Of a stretch of DNA of 64,000 bases, positions 14,801-27,569 are shown in pieces (position 1 is the stretch's first letter; each line of letters begins with the position of its first letter). The stretch lies in the NCBI GenBank assembly GCA_001244265.2, contig CDLV01000004.1, positions 1,736,001 to 1,800,000 of the forward strand. Reading direction: 5' to 3'. The position numbers and the translations under genes were made by a program. This DNA comes from Microbotryum violaceum. Taxonomy: Eukaryota. A model generated the notes under the pieces. That model had not been told where the DNA came from. It worked only from the letters and a program-made list of their open reading frames with translations, and made no database searches.

Positions 14801-17622
14801 AGGAGGCAAACGAAAGTCTCGATGTGAGTTCATCCCCATGACCATCACAAAGCACTTTCAAAGGCGCTCAAACTCTGCGCAGCTGCTGACGTCATTCGCC
14901 CTTTCTGCCTGCCAGTCAATCATCACTTTCTTGGAAACTCATGCAGAGGGACCGATAGAGCGCATCACTGGAGGCATCGATCGACCGACGGTCCCGTACA
15001 GAAATTGGAAGCGATTGATTGTCAAAGCGGCGAAGGCCGGCGATCAGCCTCAACCGGATAGATATCCTCAACAGACTGATGGCAACGCGTGTGGGGCGTT
15101 CGTGTGCCGAGCGATGGAAACCCTGGTATGCGCAGCAGTCGCCAAAATGGAACCCGATTGGAGCTGGGGCCCACAGGTTGAGCCGGGAAGATTTTATTCG
15201 GAGCTTCGAGACTATATGTTGGATGTCACCCTGCACTCTCGTCTACGATGCGACATGAGCTCGTCTTGGTTTTCGGGCTCGCCGGAGTCTCCAACCGTCT
15301 CGTGTGCTACTCGTGATCCAGACAACACAATGGATAGCAGGAAGCCTCATGGCAATACACAGCCTGGAGATCACGTCGGTGAGTTCGAATAGGATATTGA
15401 AGCTCCTGCATGCTCTATTGTCCTAAGGAGCTCTGCTCTTCTCCTCCTCCTCATGTCCCTTGTTGTTTCGGAATGACTCACCCCTGATCTCATCACCCGG
15501 CCATTGTTTCGTGCGCAGGCTACTGTGGTAGTGCTAAACGGTTGCGATTGGAACTTGTGCGCCGAACGCCACAGGAGAGGAGAGAGAGCGACGACGGGGA
15601 CGGGCCGTACGCGAGAGGGGCAAAGCGCGCGCGGGGAACTGCCGGCGCCGAGATGGGAGAAAGGGGAGGAGAGAGAGTTTGAACGGGGACGGGGACGAGA
15701 GACTCGGAGACTTCGACGCTTGAACACTTGAACACTTGAAAACACACACACACTCAATTCCCAACAATGAAGCCGTGAGATCTAACCAGCACCAACCGTA
15801 TGGCCTGATTCTTCCTGAAGTGATCTACCTAAGAAAGAGAGCAAACCGAGTCCCGTCGAGCCACAAAAGTCCCCAAGTCCCCCTTGTCCGTTGCGCTGTC
15901 CCGAAGCGGCCCGCCGCCCCCTGCTCTGCTACCTCCTACAATTCGCAAGCCTTCCGAGGTACCAGGATTCTCGAACTCAATGATACATGTGATCACTGAG
16001 ATGTTTTGATAAACTAGTTGTACTTTTCCTTCGTTCGATCCTCTGCCTCTTGTACCCGAAGGTGTCATTCGGACAATCTGAGACTTCTCTCCTTCCGATG
16101 CCTTTGGCGTTCGCGAATGGACTAGGGTAGCCAGAGCCAGGAGTCGACTAGCGCTCGGGGACAGGATCGGAGGTCGTCGCGCGCGCGGGTAGGATTGCCT
16201 CATCCGGCGCCGGGTCAATCGAGTCACAGTTGTCGTCGGTGAGTCGTCGGTCGTGCACAAAGGAGATCCCGCCATCAAAAGCTTGGATCGAGAAGGTCAC
16301 ACTCGTCGCAAGTGGCGCTGTGGAGGGATCATGCCGAACCATCGAACACCCGTTTACACCCGTTTAGCGCGGCGTAGCTCGGCAGTCAATTGGGTGCACG
16401 ATCCGGAGTACCACACTACAGCAGTGACGACGCGGTAGAAGTCTCACAACATTAGAGTAAGTTTCAGGACAGAAAAAGCAACTTCTTGGCTTTGCTCGTG
16501 CCCTTGATTCCAGATTGTCACTCAATGATCCTTCCTCTCTTCGTGTCTGCGCCGCTCTAGTTTTTACCCCTGTGTCTACGAGATCCGTAACCTTCGAGGG
16601 GTCGAGACTTGCAAGGAATGTTTCGTCCTCTCCTGACACAGTCATTATCCAGCACCCACAACCTGGCGGTTTGTCACACGTGGAATCTGTACAAGGAAAC
16701 AACATGTCGACAGCACGAACTCGTCTTGCATCGGACCAATCCGATTCGCCCCTAAACCGACCAACGCTCGCCTTTCCTTCATTTTCGCCAGTATTCGCCA
16801 CGCGCGACATCGAACACCTACAAAGAAATGCAAGTACTCTGCGGTTCCTCAAGAGAGTAGCCCTTCCGCTGTTGTTACTCCCAGCAAACGGCGTCATTCG
16901 GCAGCGGAAAGCGTGACCCCGAGCTCCAGTCGGCGGAAAGCTTGCTCGCAATGTCGAGACCGAAAGTTGAAGTTTGATCTAGATCATCCATGCTCGAAGT
17001 AGATACAGTCTAGTATTTCATCATACCAAGAAAGAACTGACAACTGGTTTGTTCACTTTGAGCAGCTGCACTAAGAAAAGGAGAGGTAAAGCGAGCCAAG
17101 TTTTTACATGTGATTACGTTTAAATATCGTTCAACTGCAATGATCATACAAGCAAAAGTCCGCCGATGTCGAAGCGTGACTTATTAGAATCTGTATCTTC
17201 GCTCGATCTCTATAAACTGTTCTTCATGGATGAGAGAAGCGAGGGACCGGTGCCAAATCTGGTCTAATCCGAGTCGGCGCAATCACGTTCGGGAGCGTCG
17301 GCCTTGGCGGTTCGGGCGCCGGACCGCTGGCACCACGGGCGCGGAGAGGCCAGGCGGGGCAGAATATTGATGTAGTAGCTACTGCTTTGTCCGCTTCGTC
17401 TCACCGGCCAGAAGTACTATAGACCTATACATGCATCAAACTACTGTTTCCAGAATGATACATCACACATTGCAAGAGATACAGGCGTCTATACTATGTG
17501 GTACCAAAGTCCCCATGAACGTGGTACAAGAATGACCTCGGATGTGATCCCAAAGTCCGCTCCGATGTGATCCCAAAGTCCGCTCCGATGTGATCCCAAA
17601 GTCGCCTCCGATGTGGGACCAG
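8874..17622 (+). mobile_element. Mutator-like (MULE) DNA transposon with long TIRs containing 21-bp tandem units
   Basis: ~8938-9172 and 17369-17622 are imperfect inverted repeats. Both carry tandem CTTTGGGATCACATCGGAGCGGA-like units. A transposase gene lies between them. Confidence 0.88.
10163..15392 (+). CDS. Multi-exon MULE transposase: Zn-finger DNA-binding domain, DDE core, SWIM, C-terminal Ulp1/C48 SUMO-type protease (exon limits approximate, intactness unverified)
   Basis: CSGAC...C...GNH finger; GLDSSWRYLNENRAPLT (D1, ~11605); FMIDKG (D2, ~12090); RLCQFHVVQAI (CxxH); NTNNVTERAFK (E, ~12820); CPCRAFKQTGNKCAHLW (SWIM); HWILV...VYDSL...QQTDGNACGAF (Ulp1 H-D-Q-C). Confidence 0.88.
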
Positions 17623-19287
17623 AGTTGCCAATTTCGGAACCAAAGTGCCCTGCTATTCGCGGGATTAACCTAATTCCGATTTCGCAAAGTCGCGGCGCCT
17701 CCCGAGCCGTCCCCAGGCCGCACCCCAGCGTTGAGACCGTGGTCAATCTCCCAAACTCGCGGCGCCCCCAGAGGCCACCCCCCGGTACTGAGACCGTCGT
17801 CAAGCTCGCGCTCCCCGCAGGCCCCGCCGCCGGCCAGGAGCCGCCCCCGCCAACGAGAATCCTTAATCCTTAAAACTTATCCTATCCTATCCTACTATCC
17901 TCTAAAACTGACTGTTGTCTAGACAAAGAACGTCAAAGAACAAAAGACAAACCACGTGGCGTGACGTCATCGGCAGCTCTCGGTCTAGTGCGTCCTCGGA
18001 ACTAGCTAGCGCTGATTCAGCATGGGGCCAGTGACAGACCATTTCGCCTACCTTCGCCAAGGTTCCATTTCCCATCAAAGCAGTCTGGCACATGACTCTC
18101 TGCTTCCCAGACGACCGGTTTTGCGTGCCTGCCACATCGTAGTGTAGTCCCTTCAACCATCCAGTTCTGCCACTGCCGAAGAGTCATTTGCAAGCTTTCA
18201 CGTCCCGTCTGCTGTACAACAATCTTCACAAAGAGCAGCGGGGCAGCAGAGACGTCGGCAGCTGCTCGCGCTCCTCCTCCCGACTCCCGCTCTAATCGCA
18301 CAGACCCCGCCGCCAGCAACCTCAAACAATCGCCGAAGCTCAGCGGCAACGATGCCTTCGCCAGAAGGAGCAGCGCGAAACCGATCAACACGACGTCGCG
18401 CAAACTGGTTCGTCAAGTCAACTGCACCGGCAGCGGGCAGTCTTAATGTTGCACGGAAAGTGCAACGGGCCCGCAGTTCTTCACCCCCAAGCTTGAGATT
18501 CGTTCCTCCACGCTTTGAAGCAGTTCCAGACCTCGGGTAGCGTCGGCCAGTGCGCCAATTCCGCCGTTAGGGGCCCCGCCAGCGTGTCATGGGGCTTCAC
18601 TCCACGACGTTCCGCGGCCTTCCACGACATTCTATGAGTCCGGTTCAAACTGAGGCGCAGGCTTCTCCATCTTTCTCCCTCCTGCTCTTCACACCTTACC
18701 CATCGCACCTCATCCCATTGCCACCTCGAGCTCGCAACATCCGAAGCGGTCGTCGTGGAAGTTCTGCAATGAATACGGGATCAAGAAATGGCTGCCGCAT
18801 GCAACATAGCTACGCATTCGAGTAAGTAACTTCATGAACTGTGCACTTGGTGTGAGATTGTTCAGAAGCTAATGGGTTACTACCAAGCAGAAATTCCCTT
18901 CAACACGTCCTCTTCGAGTGTCAACCCTCGAGTTGTTTCTTCACTGTCAGCTGGTGACACTGCATACGTGAGTCATCCCTTGACATGGCTGTGCAGTCTT
19001 AGATATGACGGAAAACCTGATACGAGAAACAGACATTGAACGTTAGTGAAACAGCGGAAGGATTGACTTCATACGGTTGAGGATCCGCCGGGTCATTGGG
19101 ACACTAAATGTGAGTCTTCACTGACATTGCTACAAATGGACAACAGTAAGAATACTATAGTTCTAAAGGATGCACGCCATTCCTCGAAATCATACGTTGT
19201 AGGCCACAAGTCAGAGCGCAAATGAACATCTGTGAGCACCTCCAGGATGCCGCAATCTCTGCACTTGAGAACGCTCTTCGCAACCCA

Positions 19288-19345
19288 CTATGCCTCGTGC
19301 CCGAAGACCCTCTCGGAGCAAACCAAGCAGCAGAAAACTCGAAAA
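19288..19345 (-). mobile_element. Short Helitron-type fragment (FCCLVCSERVFGH), homologous to ~38100
   Basis: Peptide is identical to the 38012-38305 ORF segment FCCLVCSERVFGH. Confidence 0.6.
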
Positions 19346-20279
19346 TTGGCATCTGTGAAGTACTGATTCCATTCGGCACCGATCTCAGCTTGGAGCCGGG
19401 CGGACGCAGGATTATAGGGCGAGGACCGCTCAGCCTGCGAAGCTGGAGTGGTTTGGCGAAGCCGTGAGGCGCGGCGGGTTATCCACACGCTCAGGCTTTT
19501 TATTGTCCTCGCGCGCGAGTTGTGGATCGATTTCTGCCGCCTAATTCGGCCGCGCGTTTCGGCCTCCCTGTCTCGAGGCGCGTCTGTCGGGTTCGTCGCC
19601 ACAGCACGTGACCAACGAGCACGCGGTCCAAGCGCAATGTTTCTTGTTTACTGCGCTCGCGCTCGTAGACGTTGCCCGCGCGCATGAATAAATAGGGCTG
19701 TTCAACCCGATTCTCTCTTTCCTTCCTTCCATGCACTTGCAAGTCCTAAACGGTCTTCACCACTCCAACACCATGACGTCAAACCCTCTCTTCGACTCAT
19801 CAATGTTGTGCAAGGCCACGCGCCCTCGTTGCGCCGCCTGACGCCGAATCGATACAAACAACGTCGGTTTCCGCCGCCGAAATCCCCAACTCGCTGGCGA
19901 GACAACGTGCGACCATCAATTGGCAACGCCACAAGATCGCAAGTCCTTCCAATCAACCGTCAAGTAGGTTTCCATCGCGTTCGCATTCATGACAGTCAAA
20001 CAGCGCGAACAGCACGTTGCTCTCGATGCGCATGCTGACTGTTTTGTTGACTGTCCTTCTACCGCTGCTCCTCTCCACACAGATCCGGCACTCGTCTCAA
20101 AGACCAAAGACGCAGAGTGATGTTGGAAAAATGCATCTGCAAGTGGGCCGGAAGCCCAAGGGCTGTAGCAGAATCACTGGTCTCGTGCCTGGGTGAAGGT
20201 AAGCGACGATCCCTACAGTCCGGCACGCTGGCCTTGAGATAGTTCCCTTGGCTCATACCCTTCTGTCTGATGATTCACA

Positions 20280-20780
20280 GGTCACGTATCACGCGATCAC
20301 CACCAAAAAATACATCGAGTCGTGGCGCAAGATCTTGAAGTATTGTTACATTGGCCGCGGGCAGCGACAGCGGACGGATCAGCTCATCCACACCCTCACA
20401 ATGGCGCCGAGCCAACATATCGCCAAGAGATTAGTCTCATCGTCACCGATTGAGTAAGCCCGAGACTCAGGGCCAGAACACCGCGCAATCAATTGAGTGG
20501 GGTCAAGCGAATGATATGGTCACGGAGATGGACGACGACGGTGATGTGAGTTGAGCTTAGGATTTTCTCGCGTCTCGGGGTCTTCTTTTCTTTTTGCAAT
20601 CTTTAGATCTACGTCACGTCTTTCGGAGAGGACGAGCAGGAGGACGAAGACTCGACCTTCATCGAGACAAGCTACACCGTTGGACTCAATCCTATCGACT
20701 CGAGCGTGATCTCGACTTGCGATTGTCCGGATTTCGTTCGCCACATGTTTCCGTGCAAGCACATGTGGCTTGCCGCGCGT
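20280..20780 (+). mobile_element. MULE transposase remnant (E-motif region and SWIM finger)
   Basis: TKKYIESWRKILKYCY...RTDQLIHTL, and TCDCPDFVRHMFPCKHMW read manually at ~20714-20768. Confidence 0.75.
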
Positions 20781-21351
20781 GGATCTTTGCACTAGCGACC
20801 ATGCTCCTCTCGCATCTCAAGCATGGTCTCATGTGTCTGAAATTTCGCCCTCGCTGCCGCCGTCGTCATAGTCGCTCGCTCCACCACTTTAAGCAATACC
20901 CAACAGCACTGCCGAGCACGAAGATCGCATTCAACTCTACCGACGGCTCGCTGAGGAAGCCGGACGAGTACACGTAAAGCTGCTTCGGACTTTGCAGGAG
21001 TTGGAGGCTGATAAGTGCGACCCTCACACGGCTGGCGGACTCTGGGGTGGCCGAGGCTTTCATCGAGGCAGGCAAGTCAGTGACGGAAGGGTATTCTACA
21101 TGGAGGGCTAAGCAGAGGAAGGTATGAGGAGTATGGGGAGACGGGGGCGAGCAGGGGATTTGAGGATGAATTTGTAATGTAGTACATTTGGGCATCCTAG
21201 CCCGCCCCCCTATTCCGAATCGAACCGGCCCAATAGGGCGGTCAAAAGCAGAGCAATTTGGCCAAAAACAATTTCGCTTGGCCGAATTGAAAATTCTGGT
21301 GTGCATATAACGGCTCACCCGTGAGGCGTGTTGGTCACTGCCCGGGCCCGC

Positions 21352-21575
21352 GCTTGTAAATTCGTCTACAAGATTACAAAGTTTGGCGACCTAAAGGCGC
21401 AGCAAAAGTTGTACTGCCGCGTTCACGGACATTCTTCCGATGTCAGTTGAGCAATTAGCCGACAGTGCATGTGTGCGTATTGTTTTGCGGCGCTAAAGCT
21501 AATTTGACCAAACTAGAGAAGTGTCGACCAATGATTGTGAGGCAAGGGAAGGTGAAACGAATGTTGGAGTGGTTT
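21352..21575 (+). mobile_element. Helitron-associated DUF6570-like fragment, homologous to 38530-38780
   Basis: VYKITKFGDLKAQQKL / FTDILPMSVEQLADS / CRPMIVRQGKVKRMLEWF versus VYKLTRFGNPKAQQEL / FTDVLPMSVEELADS / CRPMIVKQSRIQKMLRWL. Confidence 0.7.
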
Positions 21576-22567
21576 AGTCACGTTTGTGTGTTCAGTTGCG
21601 AGCACTTGCCTCCGGAAAGACAGCAGCCGCAGCATTTGATCCGTGAGATCGGCCTCGAGCTCGTGACATCCGAGGCGCTTGCGGCTCAGGGCATGGAGTT
21701 CAAGTTGCCATGCTTGTTTTCTGAACATGCGGCAACGGCGTGGTTGGGAACGGTCAATGTAAGCCGTGGTACCTCTTGTATCTGAATCCGTTGCAGAAAC
21801 CTGACTCCTTCCCCTTTCTCATCCTCACCCGGCCCGGCCAGCGATCGAAGTCAACATGCCAAACCTAACGGCGAAGCCACAGGTGGTCTTCATCCACCAC
21901 CAGTTAGTCATCCCCAAGGTGTAAGTAGTAATTTACACTTTTGCTTCTGTAGGCTCCAGGATCTGATGATTGAGCTGACAAGCGTGTTTGCAGTCATTGG
22001 GAAAATGCACAGGGGGCGAACCGCTTGAGAGAACTTTCTTGACCTGCCCAATTACAGTCGATTTTATGCGGATGTCCAAGAGGGGCTTTTAACCGGTCGC
22101 AAGTGCGCCAAAGGATCTCCGACGCCACTCCCCGTGACTGTCCATGGGCACCCCGGGCGATTTGCACACACCATCCTCCGTGAAGGTGATCTGTGTGCGC
22201 TTGTCTGCACCATCGAAGCTCGCGCTTGGAGGGACAGGTCCTCCGGCAAATGCAATGGCACGGGCGCCTAAACTTCGTGCCCCTCAGGATTCGCGTACAC
22301 CGTCAGAACGACGTGAGTAATTCTTGAATACATATTTTGTGCATATTGCATGTGCCTGATGTGCGGCAGATGACATGCCAGACCACGCCCCGCCGACCGT
22401 CCAACTCAGTCCAAGCGGTTCATCGCCTCCCCTGTCAAGCGCTCGGCAATGGACGCCGAGCTGAATATTGACTTGTCGAGCACCGAAGGTCATGGTAGTG
22501 AGTTCAAGCCCGCAAATCGTAACACCTTTTATACCGACTCACTACTGCCGGTTTCGGTTTCTTGCGC

Positions 22568-23235
22568 TTTACAGTCACTGACAACTATCGCAGAAAACAT
22601 GCGAGCGCGGAAGATAGACTTCTGATAGAAGAGAGGCAGCGACGCCAAGAAGTCAGGACCAGTCCACGAGCGGCACAAAGGCGGACGACGAACAAGATCG
22701 TGGTGATCGACGAGACAAGAGCAAGCGTCTTGTTGTAGTCGATCTCCAGTCGTGGAGCAAAGCCTTGGACGACTAACTGAGCCTTGTAGCTGATGATGTT
22801 GCCCTTGACGTCTTCCTTTCGAGTAAACACCCAACGATAGCCCAGGGCACGAGCCCCAGTAGGTGAACTCGAAAGCTTGAACACCTTGTGCAAGCCCATG
22901 GAGTTAAGTTCCTTGACCGACGCAGCGTACCAGGACTCAGCCTCGGGCAAAGCCATCGCATCCTTGAAGGTCTTGGGAAGCGGTGGACAAGTGGAAACCA
23001 AAGCGATGAGCTCTGGTTGTGGACACAATACTGAGGGCGGCGACGCGACGCTGAGCACGCGTGCGAACCGGTAGAGTGTTGCCCTCGTTAATGTTCTCGA
23101 GCAGGCCCGGGGTGCGACCGACACAATAAGGCCGGTACTCGTGACCATCGTCAGGAGGTAGAGGCAGATTACGCTCCGCAAGGTTGTCGTCTTTTATCCC
23201 GGCTCATTTCTTGGGGTTTTACAGTCACTGACAAC
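22568..23235 (-). mobile_element. Ty1/Copia reverse transcriptase (RVT_2) fragment between 18-nt direct repeats
   Basis: PKTFKDAM...W...ELNSM...RWVFTRK...YKAQLVVQGF...IDYNKT. TTTACAGTCACTGACAAC occurs at 22568-22585 and 23218-23235. Confidence 0.85.
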
Positions 23236-23999
23236 AACAAGAAGTCCGACTCACGCGACGCAGTCGATGATTTCGGAGAAGAGGCCGCTGACAAGGATTG
23301 TGAAGTCTCTTCGGGACGCGCGGCTGGGTCCAGCCGCAGGATCAGGAAGGCTCGTGCTTGATAAACCGAAAGAGAGAGATATGTCTGGATGATGATAAGA
23401 AAAGTCGAAATGGACTCGAAATTGAATGAAATGTGGAGTTTTGATTTGTCGTTAGAGTCTCTAGCTTTGTCTTGAGGTGGTTATTCGCTTTTGGCTAAGT
23501 AGGAGGTACAGCCTATCCTCGGCCCACGGTTGTTAGTGTGAATTTATGGACGGCACTGGATCACTGGAGGTTCAGGGACTGGTCGCCGCCCCGCGGTGCG
23601 TTAATGGGTTTACAGGTCAAATTATAAGATAAGAGAGAGCCGGAAATGAGCGATGATCAGGAATTGGCCTCTCCTTCGGCGTTCTTGTTGACGAGCCGCC
23701 TGCTGGAAGAGTCCGAAATGCCCCGAAACAGTCGGAAGCGAGCACAGTAAAGCAAAGGCGGCGGTTGACACGTTGACAGGCTAGTCGCGACGTGCTTCTC
23801 TCTCCTCTTCCGCCGCGCCAAAATGAACATCTTCACAATCCCAGAAGCCCTCATCAGAAATTCCTCTTCATATCATCATGGTCTCTTCCCTTCCCGGAAT
23901 TCAACTGCTGGCACCATGCTCAAATCCTGTCTGACGCAAGAACAAAGGATCGACCGACCATACACTTTTTCCCAACGGTTGCGGGCCTCTCGATGACGA

Positions 24000-24840
24000 T
24001 CGCGGCATCATCACGATGAACGCTCTGAAGACGGCGAACAATGAGCTGGTCGAAAAGGTATAGTTACGAGCAACGAGAAGATGAGTATCCACTTTCTCGT
24101 CGATGTGGAGGAGGAGGACCTTGCTGGTGGGGCTGAAATGACCGATCAGGAGGACTGTGGACCTGGTCATTGCCGAAGAGTTGGAGGAGAATTGCGAGGG
24201 AGAACTTGAAGGAGGAGAGGAAGCGGAGATAGAGCTCCGACCGCGAACGACGCTGAAGGAGGCAATCTCAGCGCTTGATGTTTTCCCTAGGTTTACTATG
24301 AATGGGTACTCAGGTCCAACGGATTTGATTTCTTTTGAGCACGAGGCTAGGAGGATTTGCAGGACTCTTGTTGCCAAGCAGGATGCTGTGAGGATTCAGA
24401 CAACTATGATTTCATATTTCCAGCGTCAGTAGGTCAGGATATTTTTTCTTGGAGCTTTCAAAACTTGCTAGATGTCATCATGCCTCAGTAGAGGCCGTGC
24501 ATTGGTGGCAATTCAGTAATTCGGGCCTTCTGAATTTCCTCCCCCTCAAAAGTCAATGTATCAACTCAAACAATGCACGAAAATTCTTGATTTGCTGTAG
24601 GAAGCTCAAAAACGGAGTTTCAGGTCATAATGTAGTGATCTGAAGCCGAAGTCTCCAAGCTTGATTAGGCTTAATTTATGGGAAAATCCGTCCACCAAGA
24701 ATATAAATTGTCTCCGGTCTGACTGTATCACCCTGCACCCTGGAAATACCAGGCTGTCGGGTATTACCCAGGCGTGCTTTTGTAAATACCAGACGAGACC
24801 TTGGGTATTCCCCTCTGAGGGTGGAATTCCCCGCTCTCTA
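24000..24840 (+). mobile_element. pogo/CENP-B-like transposase C-terminal remnant
   Basis: Acidic stretch followed by TLKEAISALD...IQTTMISYF, resembling pogo/Tigger C-termini. Possible terminal sequence near 24820-24840. Confidence 0.45.
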
Positions 24841-25309
24841 CGGCCCTCTTCTAGAAGAGCGCCACTTCAGGCTTTTTGAAAAGTCTTACCCAAGGGGCGG
24901 TTAATACCCGTCACCCCGCTACAAACGTCCCTAAAAATAAGTGTTCCGTTACCCCGGCAAAGTCGACGTGCAGCATTTGACGTTCCCTTTGTCCCAACTG
25001 GTCGCGCGGCGGGTGGCAGGTATTAATTAAAGTGTTGGCCGCAAGCTGCCGTTTACCGGCGCGCTCACAAAGGGGAAGGAGGGTCTGTGATCTGCAATGT
25101 CCAATTCGATCGTCAGAACTTGCAAGTCGTTTTTGACCGTGAATCTAAAGCTATTTGCACGCTGCAAACACTTTGTCGCAGAGGTGAGATCTATTACACG
25201 GTAAGTATGTAGATGACTGCCCAGCGAGCAACGCCAAGCTCCTCCATCCTTTCAACCTCGAGGTCAGGCTTCAGGCAAAGTGATGCTCAACCGGGGTGCT
25301 GGCTTTGAT

Positions 25310-27540
25310 GTTTATATAAGTATGGTTTGTGCTATGGCATAAGTTACACACTGTGTTGGTTCAAATAATAAAATACAGCACGCTTATTTTTATTTCGAAA
25401 TAAAAATAAAAAAGAGGCCAAAACAGCCCAGCCCCGCTTCCTTTTTTTTTTTGCGCGCAAAAAAAGCAGATGAATTTCCAGTTATATATTATGCTTATTA
25501 TCCCTAATCCTTTTTTTTATTTTTATTTTTTATTTTTTATTTTTAGCAAAAATAAAAAAAAATAAAAAGAAAAACAGAAAACTGTCCCCTACTAGCTTGT
25601 ACTCTTCAAAGGCTATCCTATTAACTGAAGAAGCAATCCCCCCTTTTCATCGAAGATGAAAAAGGGCTGGGACTTGGGCGAGTATTGCAGAGGAACTACT
25701 CTGTTACAGAGTCAATCTGCAGCCTAATGATTCCCTTCTAGGGAAAGAAGGGTTCAACAACTAATAATTAGGATTAAAAATCTTTATTGACACAAGTACC
25801 CTGCTATTTAGAAAAAGTGCATAATCATTTCTTAGAGGAATTGAAAGAGTGTTAAATGTTTATGAGGATAGAGAACTGGCCCAAAGTAAATTGGAAAGTG
25901 AATTAGTTAAGTATAATGAAAATTATTTTAAAATGTGCTTTCGCCTGGGACTAAAAAAGGGAAACAAGTGACTTGTAATTGGGTAGTTATGAAATCTTAA
26001 GGAAGAAACTTTAAAATATAACCAGCAAGATTGTTTAGTTTTATATAAAGTTCTTGAGGATTCTTATTTAACATTGCTTCAGCACCATTTCATAATTGAG
26101 CACCAGATGTATATGATGGTGTACCTACAATTGTTACAACATGAATTGCTGTAATGCCTAAATTTCTATTTTTGTACTTTTATTAACTTTACAAAATTTA
26201 ACTCCTGTAAGTTTACTCACTGGGCAGGAAGGGTTCTTATTTGTTGGGCAAGTAAATGTATGACAAGCATTTTTATGACAACTAGCTAACTATTATTTTA
26301 CTGGTGAAGATTTTAGAATTAAACAGTCTTCAGATTCATAGACCAATAACTCAGAACGGCGTATCAAAGCTCACCGTTCAACCTGTACCAGCTCCTTGTT
26401 CAACTAATGAACTAGCTAATAGTAAAATATGGTTTTGCAGCTAAATCTTCCGTGAAGTATAATACACGTACTACTCGTAAATAATATGCTGGTTTAGTTA
26501 CTAGTGCAGGGCGTAGAGGTGTGGCTAATAGGACTGTGTAAGGCCCGTGCGCCTGGGCCTTAGGAAGAGGGGACGCGCGCCTGGGCACTCTTAGTCTCTC
26601 TCCAGCGACTGATACGAGTGTCCAGGTGAGCACAAGGTGGATCAGAAGGCATTGTCATACCAGCGACTGATACGAGTGTCCAGTGTCAATTCTACATACT
26701 TTGGTCCTGTGATCCTTGTCGTCGTCGCTCAGGTGTACACTCCAACGGGGTGTATTACAGACTGATGAGGACAAACTTTATGCATTGAGTATCTCCTATT
26801 CATTTCTAGCTATGTTTATTGGATTAATTGATGTTATTTTTACAGGATAGACCTATTATGTCTAGTTCGTTCGGTTTTCATTTTTTTGCTTGTTTTTATT
26901 TTTATTTTTCCTTTTTATTTAGATAAAAATAAGCACAGATAATTTCAACATTTTCAAGACATAAATAGCATACACAAATACACACCGAACAATGCTTGCG
27001 GAATTGGTCTAACCGAAACTTCTGGCACCGAAATTTGTTTCCACTAGTAAAATAACTTTTACTTCTAGCTACTGTGTTTTTAAGATATTCATTTAGTAAA
27101 CGATTCTTTTCTCAATTTTTCACAAGTACACCTGAATTCTTAAGTGGACCGCTTCTTTTTCTCTGAAAAAAAAGGCCAAGCTGGTCAAAATAAATTTAGT
27201 AGTTGAGCCAAACTTGGGCACTTGGTGTTGATGGCTTATCTCTTGACTTTGTATTATTAACTACATTTACATCAAAAGAGATTCATTATGATTAGACAAT
27301 TTCAAACAGATGGGATTGAAACTAATAAAATATGAGAAATGGTTAAGTCATATTTCTAGATCCCCACGATTTTTAAATAAAAAGACACTCTCTTTCTAAC
27401 AATTAGGTATCTATCTGAATTTGAAAACCTATTGGTTAAGACCCTTTTATGTGTATTCCTTCCCACTTTGGCATCAAAGCTTAGTGTCAATGCTGTACCC
27501 TAACATCACGCGGAATTTGAGATTGCATACCTTTGTTTTC
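25310..27540. other. Mosaic nuclear insertion of mitochondrial DNA (NUMT)
   Basis: Abrupt AT-rich block. Contains cox1-like SLVEQGAGTGW(TGA)TV (-, 26373-26410), nad2-like AYYLRVVRVLYF (-, ~26455-26491), LAGLIDADG-like SFLAMFIGLID (+, ~26800-26833) and nad4-like WALGVDGLSL.FVLLT (+, ~27210-27265). Confidence 0.8.
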
Positions 27541-27569
27541 AGACCTTTGACCTTCCATTCTATCTTTAC

